DNA of 64,000 bases from Deltaproteobacteria bacterium (GCA_028276365.1 JAPYWL010000001.1:16488-80487), one strand, 5' to 3'; positions 29,706 through 40,283 are shown, counted from the stretch's first letter. Notes: a model not told the origin generated them from the letters alone. Translations and numbers: made by a program.

Positions 29706-30557
29706 ATGGTAAAATTGGAACCTTTAATAATAACGGTGGCTTTAACGGGAGCTGAGGTAAAAGTAAGTGATAATCCTTATCTTCCTGTTACCCCTGAGCA
29801 GATTGCTAAAGATGCTATAGAGTGTTATTATGCAGGTGCTAGAATTGCTCATATTCATGTAAGAGATAATGAAGGTAATCCTTCAGCTGATATTAATTTA
29901 TTTAAAAAGGTAAAAGATTTAATAAATAAAGAGGTTCCTATGTTAGTTCAATTTACTACAGGTGGGGCTATTGGGATGACGGAAGATGAAAGAGCTAAAG
30001 TATTAGAATTGTTACCTGATATGGCTACTTTAAATATGGGATCTATTAATTTTGGGAATGAAGTGTTTATAAATTCTCTTAATTTTATTGAGAAATTAGC
30101 ATTAAAAATGAAGGAATTAAATATAAAACCTGAGATTGAAATTTATGATTTTGGTATGTTAGAAACCTTAGTTTATTATGTAAAGAGGGGGTATATTGAA
30201 GAGCCTGTTTGGGTTGATTTTGTGTTGGGTATAAAAGGAGGTGCTCCTGCTGAAGCTAATATATTAATTAATATGATTGATTATCTAAAATTAAAGGGAA
30301 TAAAATTTTACTGGTCAGTTGCTTCGGTAGGTAAAAACCAATTACCTATGAATATTTTAGCTATTGTACTTGGTGGTAATGTAAGAACAGGATTAGAAGA
30401 TAATATTTATTATCACAAAGGTATCTTTGCTACTAATTTATCTCTTACTCAAAGGATAGTTAGAATAGCTAATGAAGTTAATAGACCTATTGCTGATATT
30501 GATTACGTTATTAATACTTTGAATATAAAATCTAGATTAAAAAATAATTTACCTTAA
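29706..30557 (+). CDS. BKACE family enzyme (3-keto-5-aminohexanoate cleavage enzyme-like, DUF849)
   Basis: LIITVALTGAE, ARIAHIHVRD, RTGLEDNIYY. Confidence 0.75.
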   Translation: MVKLEPLIITVALTGAEVKVSDNPYLPVTPEQIAKDAIECYYAGARIAHIHVRDNEGNPSADINLFKKVKDLINKEVPMLVQFTTGGAIGMTEDERAKVLELLPDMATLNMGSINFGNEVFINSLNFIEKLALKMKELNIKPEIEIYDFGMLETLVYYVKRGYIEEPVWVDFVLGIKGGAPAEANILINMIDYLKLKGIKFYWSVASVGKNQLPMNILAIVLGGNVRTGLEDNIYYHKGIFATNLSLTQRIVRIANEVNRPIADIDYVINTLNIKSRLKNNLP

Positions 30558-30604
30558 ATTAAAGAGTCTTTATTAGAATTATCTAAAAAAGGAGGATGGT
30601 TTTA

Positions 30605-31147
30605 ATGAGTAGTGAATTTAAAGAAAATGTTAAACAAAAAATTATTGAAAAATTAAAGAAATTATCTCAGGAAGAACAAGATAAGCGTGAAAAAATTCAG
30701 GAAACTAAATTAGAAGGTGGCGATAGTATTGATAATCAAGATTATCAATTTAATTTGGAATCTTTATTAAGAATTCAACAGCAAAAAATGGAATTAAAAG
30801 AAAGATTAGAACAATTGGAACAATTGGAACAAAATCAAATTAGTACCAAATCCAAAACTAAGCAAAAAGAAGAAATTATATCTTTATTAGGTAAAAAATT
30901 TAAACTTGAGGTTAATTATAATAATAAAAGTGAAATAATTCAAGTTGAAATAGTATCATTATATGAAGAAATTGAGATAGATGAAAATAATAATATATAT
31001 AAAATAACTACTGATTCTCCGTTAGCTAAAGCTATTAGAAAGTATCTCAATGAGGTTAAAGATATATCTAAATTAAAAAATTTAGAATTTACTTTAAATA
31101 TAAAGGAAAATTTAATTAAATACAGAATATTAGAAAATTTGAATTAA
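30605..31147 (+). CDS. GreA/GreB-family-like transcription factor (divergent)
   Basis: N-terminal coiled coil with GGDSIDNQDYQFN (compare GD..EN.eY of GreA) and a C-terminal ITTDSPLAKAIRKYL (compare S..SPlg.aLlG). The ATG at 30605 lies 9 nt after AAGGAGG. Confidence 0.5.
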   Translation: MSSEFKENVKQKIIEKLKKLSQEEQDKREKIQETKLEGGDSIDNQDYQFNLESLLRIQQQKMELKERLEQLEQLEQNQISTKSKTKQKEEIISLLGKKFKLEVNYNNKSEIIQVEIVSLYEEIEIDENNNIYKITTDSPLAKAIRKYLNEVKDISKLKNLEFTLNIKENLIKYRILENLN

Positions 31148-31169
31148 ATTAGAAGGGGTGTTTATTTAT

Positions 31170-31379
31170 ATGAGGACTATAGAAAAATTAGAAGAAATAG
31201 CTCATGAAGTTATGGAGATGCTTAGCGGTTATAAATTAGATGATGAAGAAGCTTTTTATATAATTGGTTATATTGAAAGAAGTTTATATATTCAATTACT
31301 TGAAAAAACTTTAGAAGAGTATGGACTTATTGAAACTGAAGAAGATCTAGAAGATAATAATGATGAAAATATAAAGTAG
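31170..31379 (+). CDS. Small acidic hypothetical protein (~69 aa)
   Basis: Short ORF following the GreA-like gene, with a very acidic C-terminus (ETEEDLEDNNDENIK). The start is uncertain (GTG at 31158 or ATG at 31170). Confidence 0.4.
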   Translation: MRTIEKLEEIAHEVMEMLSGYKLDDEEAFYIIGYIERSLYIQLLEKTLEEYGLIETEEDLEDNNDENIK

Positions 31380-31415
31380 TTTTTTTTATTTTGTTAATTT
31401 TTTTTATTTTGTTAA
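31380..31415 (+). repeat. Perfect 18-bp tandem duplication
   Basis: TTTTTTTTATTTTGTTAA occurs twice directly after the stop codon of the small acidic ORF. Confidence 0.85.
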
Positions 31416-31489
31416 ATTTAGGATTGAAATATCTAGTCTTTTAATTATTATTTGTTAGTGATTAAATTTATTTAAGAAAAATTTCTAAA

Positions 31490-31522
31490 CAAAATTTATA
31501 AATAAAATTTATAAATAAAATT
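31490..31522 (+). repeat. 13-bp tandem repeat, about 2.5 copies
   Basis: AAAATTTATAAAT AAAATTTATAAAT AAAATTT, directly upstream of the SD (GGGAGAG) of the 3D/G5 gene. Confidence 0.85.
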
Positions 31523-31536
31523 TGGGAGAGATAGTT

Positions 31537-32802
31537 ATGAAAGGAGTGGCAATTAATTTCTTAAGTAACCTAAAAATGAGAATATTGCTTTTATTAATCT
31601 TTTTTTTATTTATTTTTATTTTTTTATCTTCCTTTAAGTATTATGTTATAAATGTGTTTAATGAGAAAGAGTTAATTTCTCAAAAAATTTTATTTTCTAA
31701 TAATACTTATAAAGTTATTAAAAATATCTTTGAAAGTTATAATACTAATGAATATGAAAATTCGATAAATATTCAAAAAAAAGTTATTATTATTGATTTA
31801 TATAAAAAGTCTTATAAAGAGGTTGTTATTGATAATAAATATAAATATATACTTCCTTTAAATTTTAGTACTACTAAGTATCAGTTACTTTCTTATATTG
31901 ATGATATCATATCTAAGGATTTTTATAATAATAATAAAAAGGTAAAATATAAGATTCATAAATTTAATTTTGTAAAAGATAAAGTTATTTATGTTTATTT
32001 ACTTAATTCTATTGATTTTAATTTTGGTGATAAAAAAATTACTATTTATTATTACAAAGATCAACAAAATTATAAATCTAAAATATACTCTAATTTAAGA
32101 AGCTATATCTATGAAAATTTTTATACACTAATTAATAATAAAAATATTAAACTTGAAAAAATTACTGATATTGATATATTAAACAGAAATGAATATCAAT
32201 TAGTTTCATTGGAAAATAATAGCGAGGACAATTATAATTTAAATATAAAAGATTATCAATTAAATTTTAAGGCTCAAATAAGTTATAAAAAAAATATTCA
32301 ATACAATGTAATTTATAAATATACTGATAAACTACCATTAGGAACTCAAAAGGTATTAATTAATGGTCAAAATGGTATTTGTATTGTTAAAGAATTAAGG
32401 AATTATAGATCTTGTGATGAATATGGAATTATTTATCAAAGTGAGATTATTTTAAGAAAACCTGTAAATAAAATAGTTTTAGTAGGTATAAAAGAATTAA
32501 ACTTAAAAGAGGATATGATTTTGAAAGTTTTAGAGATGGAAGCAAGTGGTTATACAGGTGGGGTTGGTAATGTTGGGTATTTTACATCTACGGCTCATAG
32601 AGTTAGAAAGGGGGTAGTGGCTGTTGATCCTAATGTCATAAAATTAGGTACAAAATTATATGTTAAAGGTTATGGACATGCTCAAGCTTTGGATGTAGGA
32701 TCTGCTATTAAAGGTAATAAAATAGATCTTTATTTTGAAACTTATCAAGAAGCTATTAAGTGGGGACGAAGAAAAGTTAAAGTTTTTATTCTTAAAGATT
32801 AA
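31537..32802 (+). CDS. G5 and 3D domain cell-wall protein (YabE/RpfB-like)
   Basis: N-terminal TM, G5-like LPLGTQKVLINGQNGICIV, and a C-terminal 3D domain GVVAVDPNVIKLGTKLYVKGYGHAQALDVGSAIKGNKIDLYF. Confidence 0.75.
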   Translation: MKGVAINFLSNLKMRILLLLIFFLFIFIFLSSFKYYVINVFNEKELISQKILFSNNTYKVIKNIFESYNTNEYENSINIQKKVIIIDLYKKSYKEVVIDNKYKYILPLNFSTTKYQLLSYIDDIISKDFYNNNKKVKYKIHKFNFVKDKVIYVYLLNSIDFNFGDKKITIYYYKDQQNYKSKIYSNLRSYIYENFYTLINNKNIKLEKITDIDILNRNEYQLVSLENNSEDNYNLNIKDYQLNFKAQISYKKNIQYNVIYKYTDKLPLGTQKVLINGQNGICIVKELRNYRSCDEYGIIYQSEIILRKPVNKIVLVGIKELNLKEDMILKVLEMEASGYTGGVGNVGYFTSTAHRVRKGVVAVDPNVIKLGTKLYVKGYGHAQALDVGSAIKGNKIDLYFETYQEAIKWGRRKVKVFILKD

Positions 32803-32838
32803 AAAAAACTAAACAGTATATAGGAAGGAGGTTTATAA

Positions 32839-33285
32839 ATGGAAAGAACATTAATTATACTTAAACCTGATGCTATTCAAAGGAAATTAATTGGAAAGAT
32901 TATAAGCCGTTTAGAAGATAAGGGTTTTAAAATTGTTGGTTTAAAAATGATTAAAATTAATGAAGATTTAGCTAAAAAACATTATGAAGCTCATGTAAAT
33001 AAACCATTTTTCCCTTCTTTATTGAATTTTATTACCTCTACTCCAGTTATTGTTATGGTTTTAGAAGGTGTAGATGTAGTTAATCAGGTTAGAAAATTAG
33101 TAGGTGCTACTGATTGTAAAAAAGCTGAAGTCGGGACTATTAGATTTGATTTTGGTTTATCTATTCAAAATAATTTAATTCATGCTAGTGAAACTATTCA
33201 GGATGCTAATAGGGAAATATCCATCTTTTTTAATCAAAATGAATTATTTGATTATAAATTATTACTTGATGAAATAATATATTAG
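32839..33285 (+). CDS. ndk: Nucleoside diphosphate kinase
   Basis: ERTLIILKPDAIQRKLIGKIISRLEDKGFKIVGLKM and the active-site region NLIHASE. Confidence 0.95.
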   Translation: MERTLIILKPDAIQRKLIGKIISRLEDKGFKIVGLKMIKINEDLAKKHYEAHVNKPFFPSLLNFITSTPVIVMVLEGVDVVNQVRKLVGATDCKKAEVGTIRFDFGLSIQNNLIHASETIQDANREISIFFNQNELFDYKLLLDEIIY

Positions 33286-33337
33286 ATTTTTTATCTTTTA
33301 TTTTTTATTAATTTTTTTAGTTTTTTTACCTAAAAGA

Positions 33338-34675
33338 ATGAAGTTATTAATAATAACTTATTTTTTTCCTCCTTTAAATTCTATTGCTTCTTTAAGATTA
33401 TATTCTTTTGCTAAATATTTAACTGAATTTGGTTTGGATGTAACTGTTTTTACTGCTCCTAAAAAAGTTAATAATATGGATTATTCTAGTAATTTTTTTG
33501 TTAATAATGGTTATAAATTGATTGAATTACCTATTCCTAAAGTTTTTAAGATTATATCTATAAATAAGTTAGTTAATAAATTTGCGGTAATAACTGGAGC
33601 TTATTATAAAAATAGGTTTCCAGATGATAGTGATAGGTGGTTAAAACCAGCTTTTAATTACTTAAAAAATTTTTATTTTGATATAGTTATAAGTAGTTAT
33701 GGACCTTATGTATGTCATAATATTGCTTTATTATTAAAAAAAAAATTTAATGTAAGGTATTGGATAGCTGATTTTAGAGATCTTTTTACTGATAGCCCTA
33801 TTTATACGGGGATTCCTATTTTTTATCCTATTGAGAAAAAAATGGAACAAGAGTTTTTTAATAATTCAGACTTAATTACTGTTGTATCTCAAGCTATGAA
33901 AAAAGTTTTATCTAATAAAACTAATAATCCTATAGAGGTTATATATAATGGTTTTTTTGAAGAAAATTTTTCTTTTATTAATGTTAATGATTTTTCTTTT
34001 AATTCTATAAAAAATAGTTCTATTATTAATATATTTCATAATAAGAATATTTTTAAGATTGTATATACTGGTACTTTTTATAAATCTCAAAAAATTACAA
34101 ATTTACTTTTAGCTATTAATCAATTAAAAAATGAAGGAATAATAAATGCTAATAATTTCAGATTAATTATAGCTGGTAGTTATGATATAATCAGTGAGAT
34201 TAAAAAATATAATTTAGGTGATATTTATATTTATTTGGGGTTAGTTAGTTTTAGTGATAGCTTAAAGATACAATATTTAAGTGATATATTATTACTTCCT
34301 TTAGAAGAAATTGATATTTCAAAATATAACAATACAAAAAACATTAATAAATACAAAGGGATATTAACTGGGAAACTTTTTGAATATTTGGGGTTGAATT
34401 TATATAAATTAACTCCTATATGGGTTATAAATAAAACTATTGATAGTGAGAAAATAGAGATACTAAATAAAAGCGGAGTAGCTACTATATTTTTTGATGA
34501 TATTAATAAATTAAAATCCTATTTAGTTAAGGCTATTAAAAGTAAGGAAGAATTTTTAAGAGAATACAATGTAAATACAGAATTCATAAAGCAATTTAAT
34601 AGGAAAGATCAAGCTAAGAAACTTTATAATATAATCCTTGATTTAGTAAAAAACATTTACTTTAATATAATATAA
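33338..34675 (+). CDS. Glycosyltransferase (GT-B fold, GT4-like)
   Basis: The N-terminus MKLLIITYFFPPLNSIASLRLYSFAKYL is typical of GT4 family N-domains. C-terminal GILTGKLFEYLG segment. Confidence 0.55.
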   Translation: MKLLIITYFFPPLNSIASLRLYSFAKYLTEFGLDVTVFTAPKKVNNMDYSSNFFVNNGYKLIELPIPKVFKIISINKLVNKFAVITGAYYKNRFPDDSDRWLKPAFNYLKNFYFDIVISSYGPYVCHNIALLLKKKFNVRYWIADFRDLFTDSPIYTGIPIFYPIEKKMEQEFFNNSDLITVVSQAMKKVLSNKTNNPIEVIYNGFFEENFSFINVNDFSFNSIKNSSIINIFHNKNIFKIVYTGTFYKSQKITNLLLAINQLKNEGIINANNFRLIIAGSYDIISEIKKYNLGDIYIYLGLVSFSDSLKIQYLSDILLLPLEEIDISKYNNTKNINKYKGILTGKLFEYLGLNLYKLTPIWVINKTIDSEKIEILNKSGVATIFFDDINKLKSYLVKAIKSKEEFLREYNVNTEFIKQFNRKDQAKKLYNIILDLVKNIYFNII

Positions 34676-34858
34676 TTGATAGTGGGTAATAAATGATTTA
34701 AGTATGACGGATGATAAGAGTAAGTAATTAGAAGAGTAAGTTTATAATCTAGAAAGAGTATAGTAGAGTATTTAAGCAGTGCTGTTGGTTTAGAGAATTT
34801 TTAGGTTAGAAGGACAAAATCCATAATAAAACATATAAATGCGTAAGTTCTATTATAA

Positions 34859-35896
34859 TTAGAAATAAGAAAATAATTTATTTTCTAAATTGCTGAAACT
34901 ATTTTTAAGTTCTTTTAAATTTACAATTAATTTGTTTTCTTTTTCAAGAATTATGTTATAATCTTTCATTTTTTTGATACTTCTTATTATTACTTCATAT
35001 GAAATCCCTAAGAAATTAGCAATTTTTTTAATAGGTAGATTTAATTGATAAATAAGATTATTTTCATTATTATATTCAGGATAATCTTGAATATTTTTTA
35101 AATCTATTTTATAATAATTTTTTAAGTAAAAATAAATAAAAAATAAGAGTTTATTGTAGCTATCTAAGTTTCTTAAATTTAGTTCTGTTATAATGCTTTG
35201 TTGGTGTTTATTTAAGATATATTTATAAAATATTTTTTTTAAGATAAAATCTGATTTTGGAAGTAAAAAGATGGTTGATTTTTCCCTAAATAATATGTTT
35301 ATTTTTAATTTTTCATTAAAAATAAGAGGGAAATAGATAATGTCATAGGGAAATATAAAATCTATTATTAAATCTTTATAAGGGTTATAATAATATCCAA
35401 AACCATTAATCAAGAAAACAATATTATTACTAAATATTTCATCATTTATACTAATTTCAAGTAATCTTTTTAATTTTTTTTTCTGTAAATTTTTATAAAA
35501 ATAATCTTCTATCTCTTTTATATTTTTTGGATCCTTTTCATCTAAGAACGTTGCTATATTATCTATCAATTTTTTTAGTAATTCTAAATCTTCTTGATTT
35601 GATTTATTTTTGTTTATTTTTTTATGTATTTTGGTTTCTTTGTATTTTTTAGGTTTATCTACTTTTTTGTTAATGGTTTCTTTTTTTAGCAATTTAGGAG
35701 TATCTATTTGGGGGGGTACGTTTATAGGTTTAGTTTCAATTGCTAATGAACTATTTTCAATATTTTCATAATTTTCATTTGTTTTTGTGGAATTTAATTC
35801 AGGATTATCTTCTTCTAAATCTATATCTAAGTCAAAAATGAAATCAAGAATAGGATCTTGTTTTTTATTTTTATTTTTACTATTTCCTTTATTCAT
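34859..35896 (-). CDS. Crp/Fnr-like transcriptional regulator with a ~130-aa low-complexity N-terminal extension
   Basis: C-terminal HTH IKKIANFLGISYEVIIRSIKKMKDYNII preceded by a beta-rich region of the length expected for a cNMP-binding-like barrel. The N-terminus is K/E/N-rich. Confidence 0.45.
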   Translation of the reverse strand: MNKGNSKNKNKKQDPILDFIFDLDIDLEEDNPELNSTKTNENYENIENSSLAIETKPINVPPQIDTPKLLKKETINKKVDKPKKYKETKIHKKINKNKSNQEDLELLKKLIDNIATFLDEKDPKNIKEIEDYFYKNLQKKKLKRLLEISINDEIFSNNIVFLINGFGYYYNPYKDLIIDFIFPYDIIYFPLIFNEKLKINILFREKSTIFLLPKSDFILKKIFYKYILNKHQQSIITELNLRNLDSYNKLLFFIYFYLKNYYKIDLKNIQDYPEYNNENNLIYQLNLPIKKIANFLGISYEVIIRSIKKMKDYNIILEKENKLIVNLKELKNSFSNLENKLFSYF

Positions 35897-35925
35897 GCTT
35901 TTTAGCTTAAGTTTTTGTTTATATA

Positions 35926-36492
35926 CTAATCTTTTTTTATAAATAACAATTTTAATAAAATTTTCCTTATATATATGTTATCCTTTAGCAAAATATCTCC
36001 TTGTAAATAAATAAAAAGGTAAATATAGTTTTTTTTTACTTCTATAAGATCTAATTTAAAATTCTCTATATTTTTTTCTTGAATTTTTTTTTCATTTATC
36101 TCTAGATTAATTATTTGGGATGTGTTTAAGTTATAGACTAATTTTAGCGTTATAAATTCATATGGGATTTTATATAGCTTCATATTAGGAATATAATTAT
36201 TAGTTATAACTTTTCCTTCTAAATAAATAAGATTTTGAATTATTTTTATTTTACTTTCTGATCTTCCGTAAAATTGAGTGTTAATTTTATTTAAAGTTTT
36301 ATCATAAAAATTAAACATTATAATTTGATTTTTAAATGATGGTAATTCAGTTAAAGAATAATAATTCCCACTTTCTAAATTAATTATTTTTTTATCGTTA
36401 TGAAAAAAATAATTGAAAACTAAAAAATATATTAATAAGATTATAAAAAAAATAAATATTAAAATTATTGAGCTATTGTTTTTGTTTTCCAT
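35926..36492 (-). CDS. Hypothetical membrane-anchored protein (188 aa)
   Basis: Single N-terminal TM (SIILIFIFFIILLIYFLVFNYFF). No recognisable domain. Confidence 0.5.
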   Translation of the reverse strand: MENKNNSSIILIFIFFIILLIYFLVFNYFFHNDKKIINLESGNYYSLTELPSFKNQIIMFNFYDKTLNKINTQFYGRSESKIKIIQNLIYLEGKVITNNYIPNMKLYKIPYEFITLKLVYNLNTSQIINLEINEKKIQEKNIENFKLDLIEVKKNYIYLFIYLQGDILLKDNIYIRKILLKLLFIKKD

Positions 36493-36495
36493 TAT

Positions 36496-37467
36496 TTACT
36501 TAGCAATTGATATAACTAAAATAGATAGTAATAATGTGATTAAATAAAATATAATAGCTGTTTGTTTTTGAGATAAACCAGATTTTAATAGTATATGATG
36601 TAAATGCTCTTTATCGGGTTTGAATATGGGTTGTTTTTTTATTAATCTTCTTATTATAGCCAATGTAGTGTCTAAAATAGGTAAAGCAAATATTAAGATT
36701 GGTATAATAAATGAAATAATAGTAGCTTTTTTGAAGTATCCTAATATGGATATAACTGCCATAAATAAACCTATAAATAAGCTACCTGTGTCTCCTAAAA
36801 AAATCTTTGCAGGATTAAAATTATATCTTAAAAACGCTAATAAAGCTCCAGCTAAAGAAAAAATAATTATAGCTAACACAGTTTGTCCATTTATTATAGC
36901 TAATATCCCCAGAGTTATAGATATTATAAATGCTACTCCACTTAATAATCCATCTAATCCATCTAATAAATTTATAGCATTCATTAATCCTACTACCCAT
37001 AAAATTGTAAATATATAACTAATTATTTCATTTAATGAAATTATTGTACTATTAAAAGTAAAAAATTCTACTTTAGTGCCTGTAAAAAACAATATATTAG
37101 CTATAAGTATTTGAATAAGCAGCTTTTTTATAGCACTTAAATCTTTTATATCGTCTAATATACCTGTTATTAATATTATTATAAAAGATAAAATTAAGCC
37201 TACTATTTGAGTAAATTTATATTTGAAATACTTTAGTACTAAAAAATTAGGATCAAATATATATAAAGAAGCTAAATAGAGTAAAGAAGTAAAAAGAACA
37301 CTAATTATAATTGATAATCCACCTATTCTAGGAATAGGTTCTTTATGAATTTTCCTTATATCTGGTTTATCTACTATATTATATTTATTTGCTAATTTTA
37401 TTACAAATGGGGTAGTTATTAAACATATTACTAAAGATGTTAAAAAAACTAGAAAGTATATTGTCAT
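36496..37467 (-). CDS. Polyprenyl-phosphate N-acetylhexosamine-1-phosphate transferase (MraY/WecA/TagO family)
   Basis: NIVDKPDIRKIHKEPIPRIGGL, INLLDGLDGL, IFLGDTGSLFIG, and multiple TM segments. Confidence 0.85.
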   Translation of the reverse strand: MTIYFLVFLTSLVICLITTPFVIKLANKYNIVDKPDIRKIHKEPIPRIGGLSIIISVLFTSLLYLASLYIFDPNFLVLKYFKYKFTQIVGLILSFIIILITGILDDIKDLSAIKKLLIQILIANILFFTGTKVEFFTFNSTIISLNEIISYIFTILWVVGLMNAINLLDGLDGLLSGVAFIISITLGILAIINGQTVLAIIIFSLAGALLAFLRYNFNPAKIFLGDTGSLFIGLFMAVISILGYFKKATIISFIIPILIFALPILDTTLAIIRRLIKKQPIFKPDKEHLHHILLKSGLSQKQTAIIFYLITLLLSILVISIAK

Positions 37468-37473
37468 AAATTA

Positions 37474-37938
37474 CTAATACTCTTCTTCTATTTGAGTTAT
37501 TTTAATTATTCTATTTAAGTGTCTATTACCTTCAAATTCAGTTTTAATAAAGGTATCTACTATATCTTTAGCTAATTCAAAACCTATTATTCTTTGACCT
37601 AAGCACAAGATATTAGCGTTATTATGTTGTCTAGCTAGTTTAGCAGTAGTTGAATTATAACATAATGCTGCTCTTATCCCCTTTATTTTATTAGCAGCTA
37701 TTGACATACCTATACCTGTACCACATATTAATATCCCTATTGAATCTTCTTCTTTTAAAACATTTAAACTAACTTCTTTAGCATAATCAGGATAATCACA
37801 ACTTTCATAACTATCTGTTCCTACATTTATAACTTCTATTTCCTGGTAATTATTTTTTAAAAAATTAATTAAAAAATCCTTAAGATCCTTACCTGCATGA
37901 TCGTTTCCTATAAATATTTTCTTTACTTTTTTATTCAT
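37474..37938 (-). CDS. rpiB: Ribose-5-phosphate isomerase B
   Basis: IFIGNDHAG, ILICGTGIGMSIAANK, NNANILCLG. Confidence 0.9.
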   Translation of the reverse strand: MNKKVKKIFIGNDHAGKDLKDFLINFLKNNYQEIEVINVGTDSYESCDYPDYAKEVSLNVLKEEDSIGILICGTGIGMSIAANKIKGIRAALCYNSTTAKLARQHNNANILCLGQRIIGFELAKDIVDTFIKTEFEGNRHLNRIIKITQIEEEY

Positions 37939-37969
37939 ATTAACTACAAATTAATAGAATGTTATTTAA

Positions 37970-38515
37970 TTATAAGTAATCAGAAATGTTTTTAAGATAA
38001 TCTTCTTTTGTGATTTTTAGGTAAAATTTTTGATTATCTTGATTATATATTTTAAATCCTGCTTTCTCAAAACATCTTTTAGCTGGAACATTAAAAATAG
38101 CAGTATCTAATATAATTTGAGTAACATATTTATATTCTTCAAAGATTAATTTAATTATTTTTTTCATACTAATTGTACCAATGTTTTGGTTCCATAATTT
38201 TTTATCACCTATTACTATTCCTAATCTAATTGTATCATTACTCTCAAAAGCTAATTGTATAAACCCAATTGTTTTATTATTATATTTAATAGCTTTAAAA
38301 TTAGATTTATTTAAAAACATGGTTTTCTTAAGTTTTGATACGTTTTCTTGAACTTGTTTAGTAATTTCTACTACCCCAAATGCTTTTTTTACTATTTCAT
38401 CATCTTCTAAGTATTTAAAAAAAATAAAAATATCTACTATATTTGAATTTTTCAATTCTATTTCCTCGGGTAAAATTTTTTTTATTCTTTCTAACATATT
38501 AAAACTAAATAACAT
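37970..38515 (-). CDS. GNAT family N-acetyltransferase
   Basis: Acetyl-CoA binding region WNQNIGTISMKKII and C-terminal NVPAKRCFEKAGFK. Confidence 0.65.
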   Translation of the reverse strand: MLFSFNMLERIKKILPEEIELKNSNIVDIFIFFKYLEDDEIVKKAFGVVEITKQVQENVSKLKKTMFLNKSNFKAIKYNNKTIGFIQLAFESNDTIRLGIVIGDKKLWNQNIGTISMKKIIKLIFEEYKYVTQIILDTAIFNVPAKRCFEKAGFKIYNQDNQKFYLKITKEDYLKNISDYL

Positions 38516-38521
38516 TGAAAT

Positions 38522-39430
38522 TTAGATAACATTTGCTCTAAGTAAGTTTTTATATAGATTAAGTAAAGCAGCGTAATTACAGATCCTACCTATCCCGTTT
38601 GGTACAATTGATACCCCTTGAGCTTTATTTATTAAATCATTTAAATTAACATCACCATATATTTTATTATCATAAACTTCAAAACCTACATCAATAACAT
38701 AAGCACCATTCTTTATATAATCTTTATTTACTAAATTAATTACTCCTGTTGAACTTATTAAAATATCTCCTATTTGACTTTTGTTTTTTATATCTTTGGT
38801 ATATTTATTAAATAAGTAAATACTTGATCCAAATTTTAAAAACATTGCACCTATTGAAAAACCTGTATATAAACTATTCCCTAATATAACTATATCTTTT
38901 TTAATATAGTCAATATTATAGTAATCCAACATTATTTTAACAGCATTTGCTACTGACGGAATTATAACTTCATCCAAATTATTACTATCCTTTGATAAAA
39001 ATTCATAGTAATTTATAGGATTTAAACAATCAATATCTTGGTACCTATTTATTTTTAAAAATATTTCAACTTGATATTCTTTATAACTTGGAGGTAATGG
39101 TAATTCTATATTTATACCTATTGTATCTTTTTCATTGCTTATTTTACTAATTAATTCTATAAAATCTTTTACTTTTATAATATTGGGATTTATTTCTATT
39201 AATTTGGAATTAATTAACGAATTTTTTGTTTTTATATTATGAAATATTCTTTGCTGATTTTTTGAAAAATAATTATTTTTTGAAGTAGTAAAATAAATTA
39301 TATAAACATACTTATCTTCATAATTGAAATTAACCTTCTCAAATTTTTTTAATAGCTCTTGTTTGTAATTCTTTATAAAATCTGCATTTAATATTTTTGT
39401 TTCTATTTTATTGGTCATTAATTCATTCAT
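38522..39430 (-). CDS. folD: Methylenetetrahydrofolate dehydrogenase/cyclohydrolase (FolD-like, divergent)
   Basis: IGINIELPLPP, YQDIDCLNP, IVILGNSLYTG, VIDVGFE, IVPNGIGRICNYAALLNL, all in FolD order. Confidence 0.7.
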   Translation of the reverse strand: MNELMTNKIETKILNADFIKNYKQELLKKFEKVNFNYEDKYVYIIYFTTSKNNYFSKNQQRIFHNIKTKNSLINSKLIEINPNIIKVKDFIELISKISNEKDTIGINIELPLPPSYKEYQVEIFLKINRYQDIDCLNPINYYEFLSKDSNNLDEVIIPSVANAVKIMLDYYNIDYIKKDIVILGNSLYTGFSIGAMFLKFGSSIYLFNKYTKDIKNKSQIGDILISSTGVINLVNKDYIKNGAYVIDVGFEVYDNKIYGDVNLNDLINKAQGVSIVPNGIGRICNYAALLNLYKNLLRANVI

Positions 39431-39461
39431 TTTTTTTATTATTTTAATTTTTATTCAAATT

Positions 39462-40280
39462 TTAATTTTTATTCAAATCTATTTGTTTGTAATTTGAAGG
39501 TATTTCAAAATATTTTTTATTATATTCAATAAATTTTATTTCTTTTAGTAAGGTTGTAGATGATAATTTATCATTTTCAAATAAATTATATTTTATAGGT
39601 ATGTTTTCTTTAGAAACTTTAGAAGCTAATTTATTCCCTAAATCATTAAAATTATTAAATTTATTAAATAAATTAGATTCCAAGTATAACTTTTTGAAAT
39701 TTTCTTGATCTTTAGATGAAATTAATTTCTTATAATTTAGTGTATATAATTCTATTAATTTTTTATTATTATAAAAAACAGAATATTTTTCACAAACTAA
39801 ATTACCGACTTTTTCATTACCTTCTTTTTTTATAGTTGAATTATTTATTATTTCTTTTATTTGTTTTTCTGAACTTAGAAAAGTATCTATATTTTCTTGG
39901 GGAATTATAGCATAAACTTTTTGGATATTATCTATAATATAAATATTTAATTTGTTGCTATTATCATCTATAATAATACTTGTATCTGTTACTATTTGAT
40001 TATTTGATAATTCCATTGCATTAATTTTTATTTTATTTTCTGATATGTAAAAATCTACTGTATTTTTAATATCTTGTTGATAGTTTTCAGTATTTTCAGG
40101 TAATTTTGTGTCTTGAGGTGATTTTAAATCTAAAGTGTCCATAATATAATTAGTTTCTAATTTATAATATAACACTATATTGTTACTTTCAGAATAAATA
40201 AAAATAATTGAAAATATAATTGTAACTAAGAAAGAAAAAATAGCTAAAAAAGAAAGATGTAATTTATTTTTATTTTTCAT
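39462..40280 (-). CDS. Hypothetical exported or membrane-anchored protein (272 aa)
   Basis: N-terminal hydrophobic segment (LSFLAIFSFLVTIIFSIIFIY). No recognisable motif. Confidence 0.5.
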   Translation of the reverse strand: MKNKNKLHLSFLAIFSFLVTIIFSIIFIYSESNNIVLYYKLETNYIMDTLDLKSPQDTKLPENTENYQQDIKNTVDFYISENKIKINAMELSNNQIVTDTSIIIDDNSNKLNIYIIDNIQKVYAIIPQENIDTFLSSEKQIKEIINNSTIKKEGNEKVGNLVCEKYSVFYNNKKLIELYTLNYKKLISSKDQENFKKLYLESNLFNKFNNFNDLGNKLASKVSKENIPIKYNLFENDKLSSTTLLKEIKFIEYNKKYFEIPSNYKQIDLNKN

Positions 40281-40283
40281 TTT

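Noticed and set aside
33908-34090. 60-aa minus-strand ORF.
   Set aside because: It is antisense inside the glycosyltransferase gene.
36620-37018. 132-aa ORF on the + strand.
   Set aside because: It lies entirely antisense within the well-supported WecA/MraY-family gene. Its hydrophobic reading is a mirror of the membrane protein's codons.
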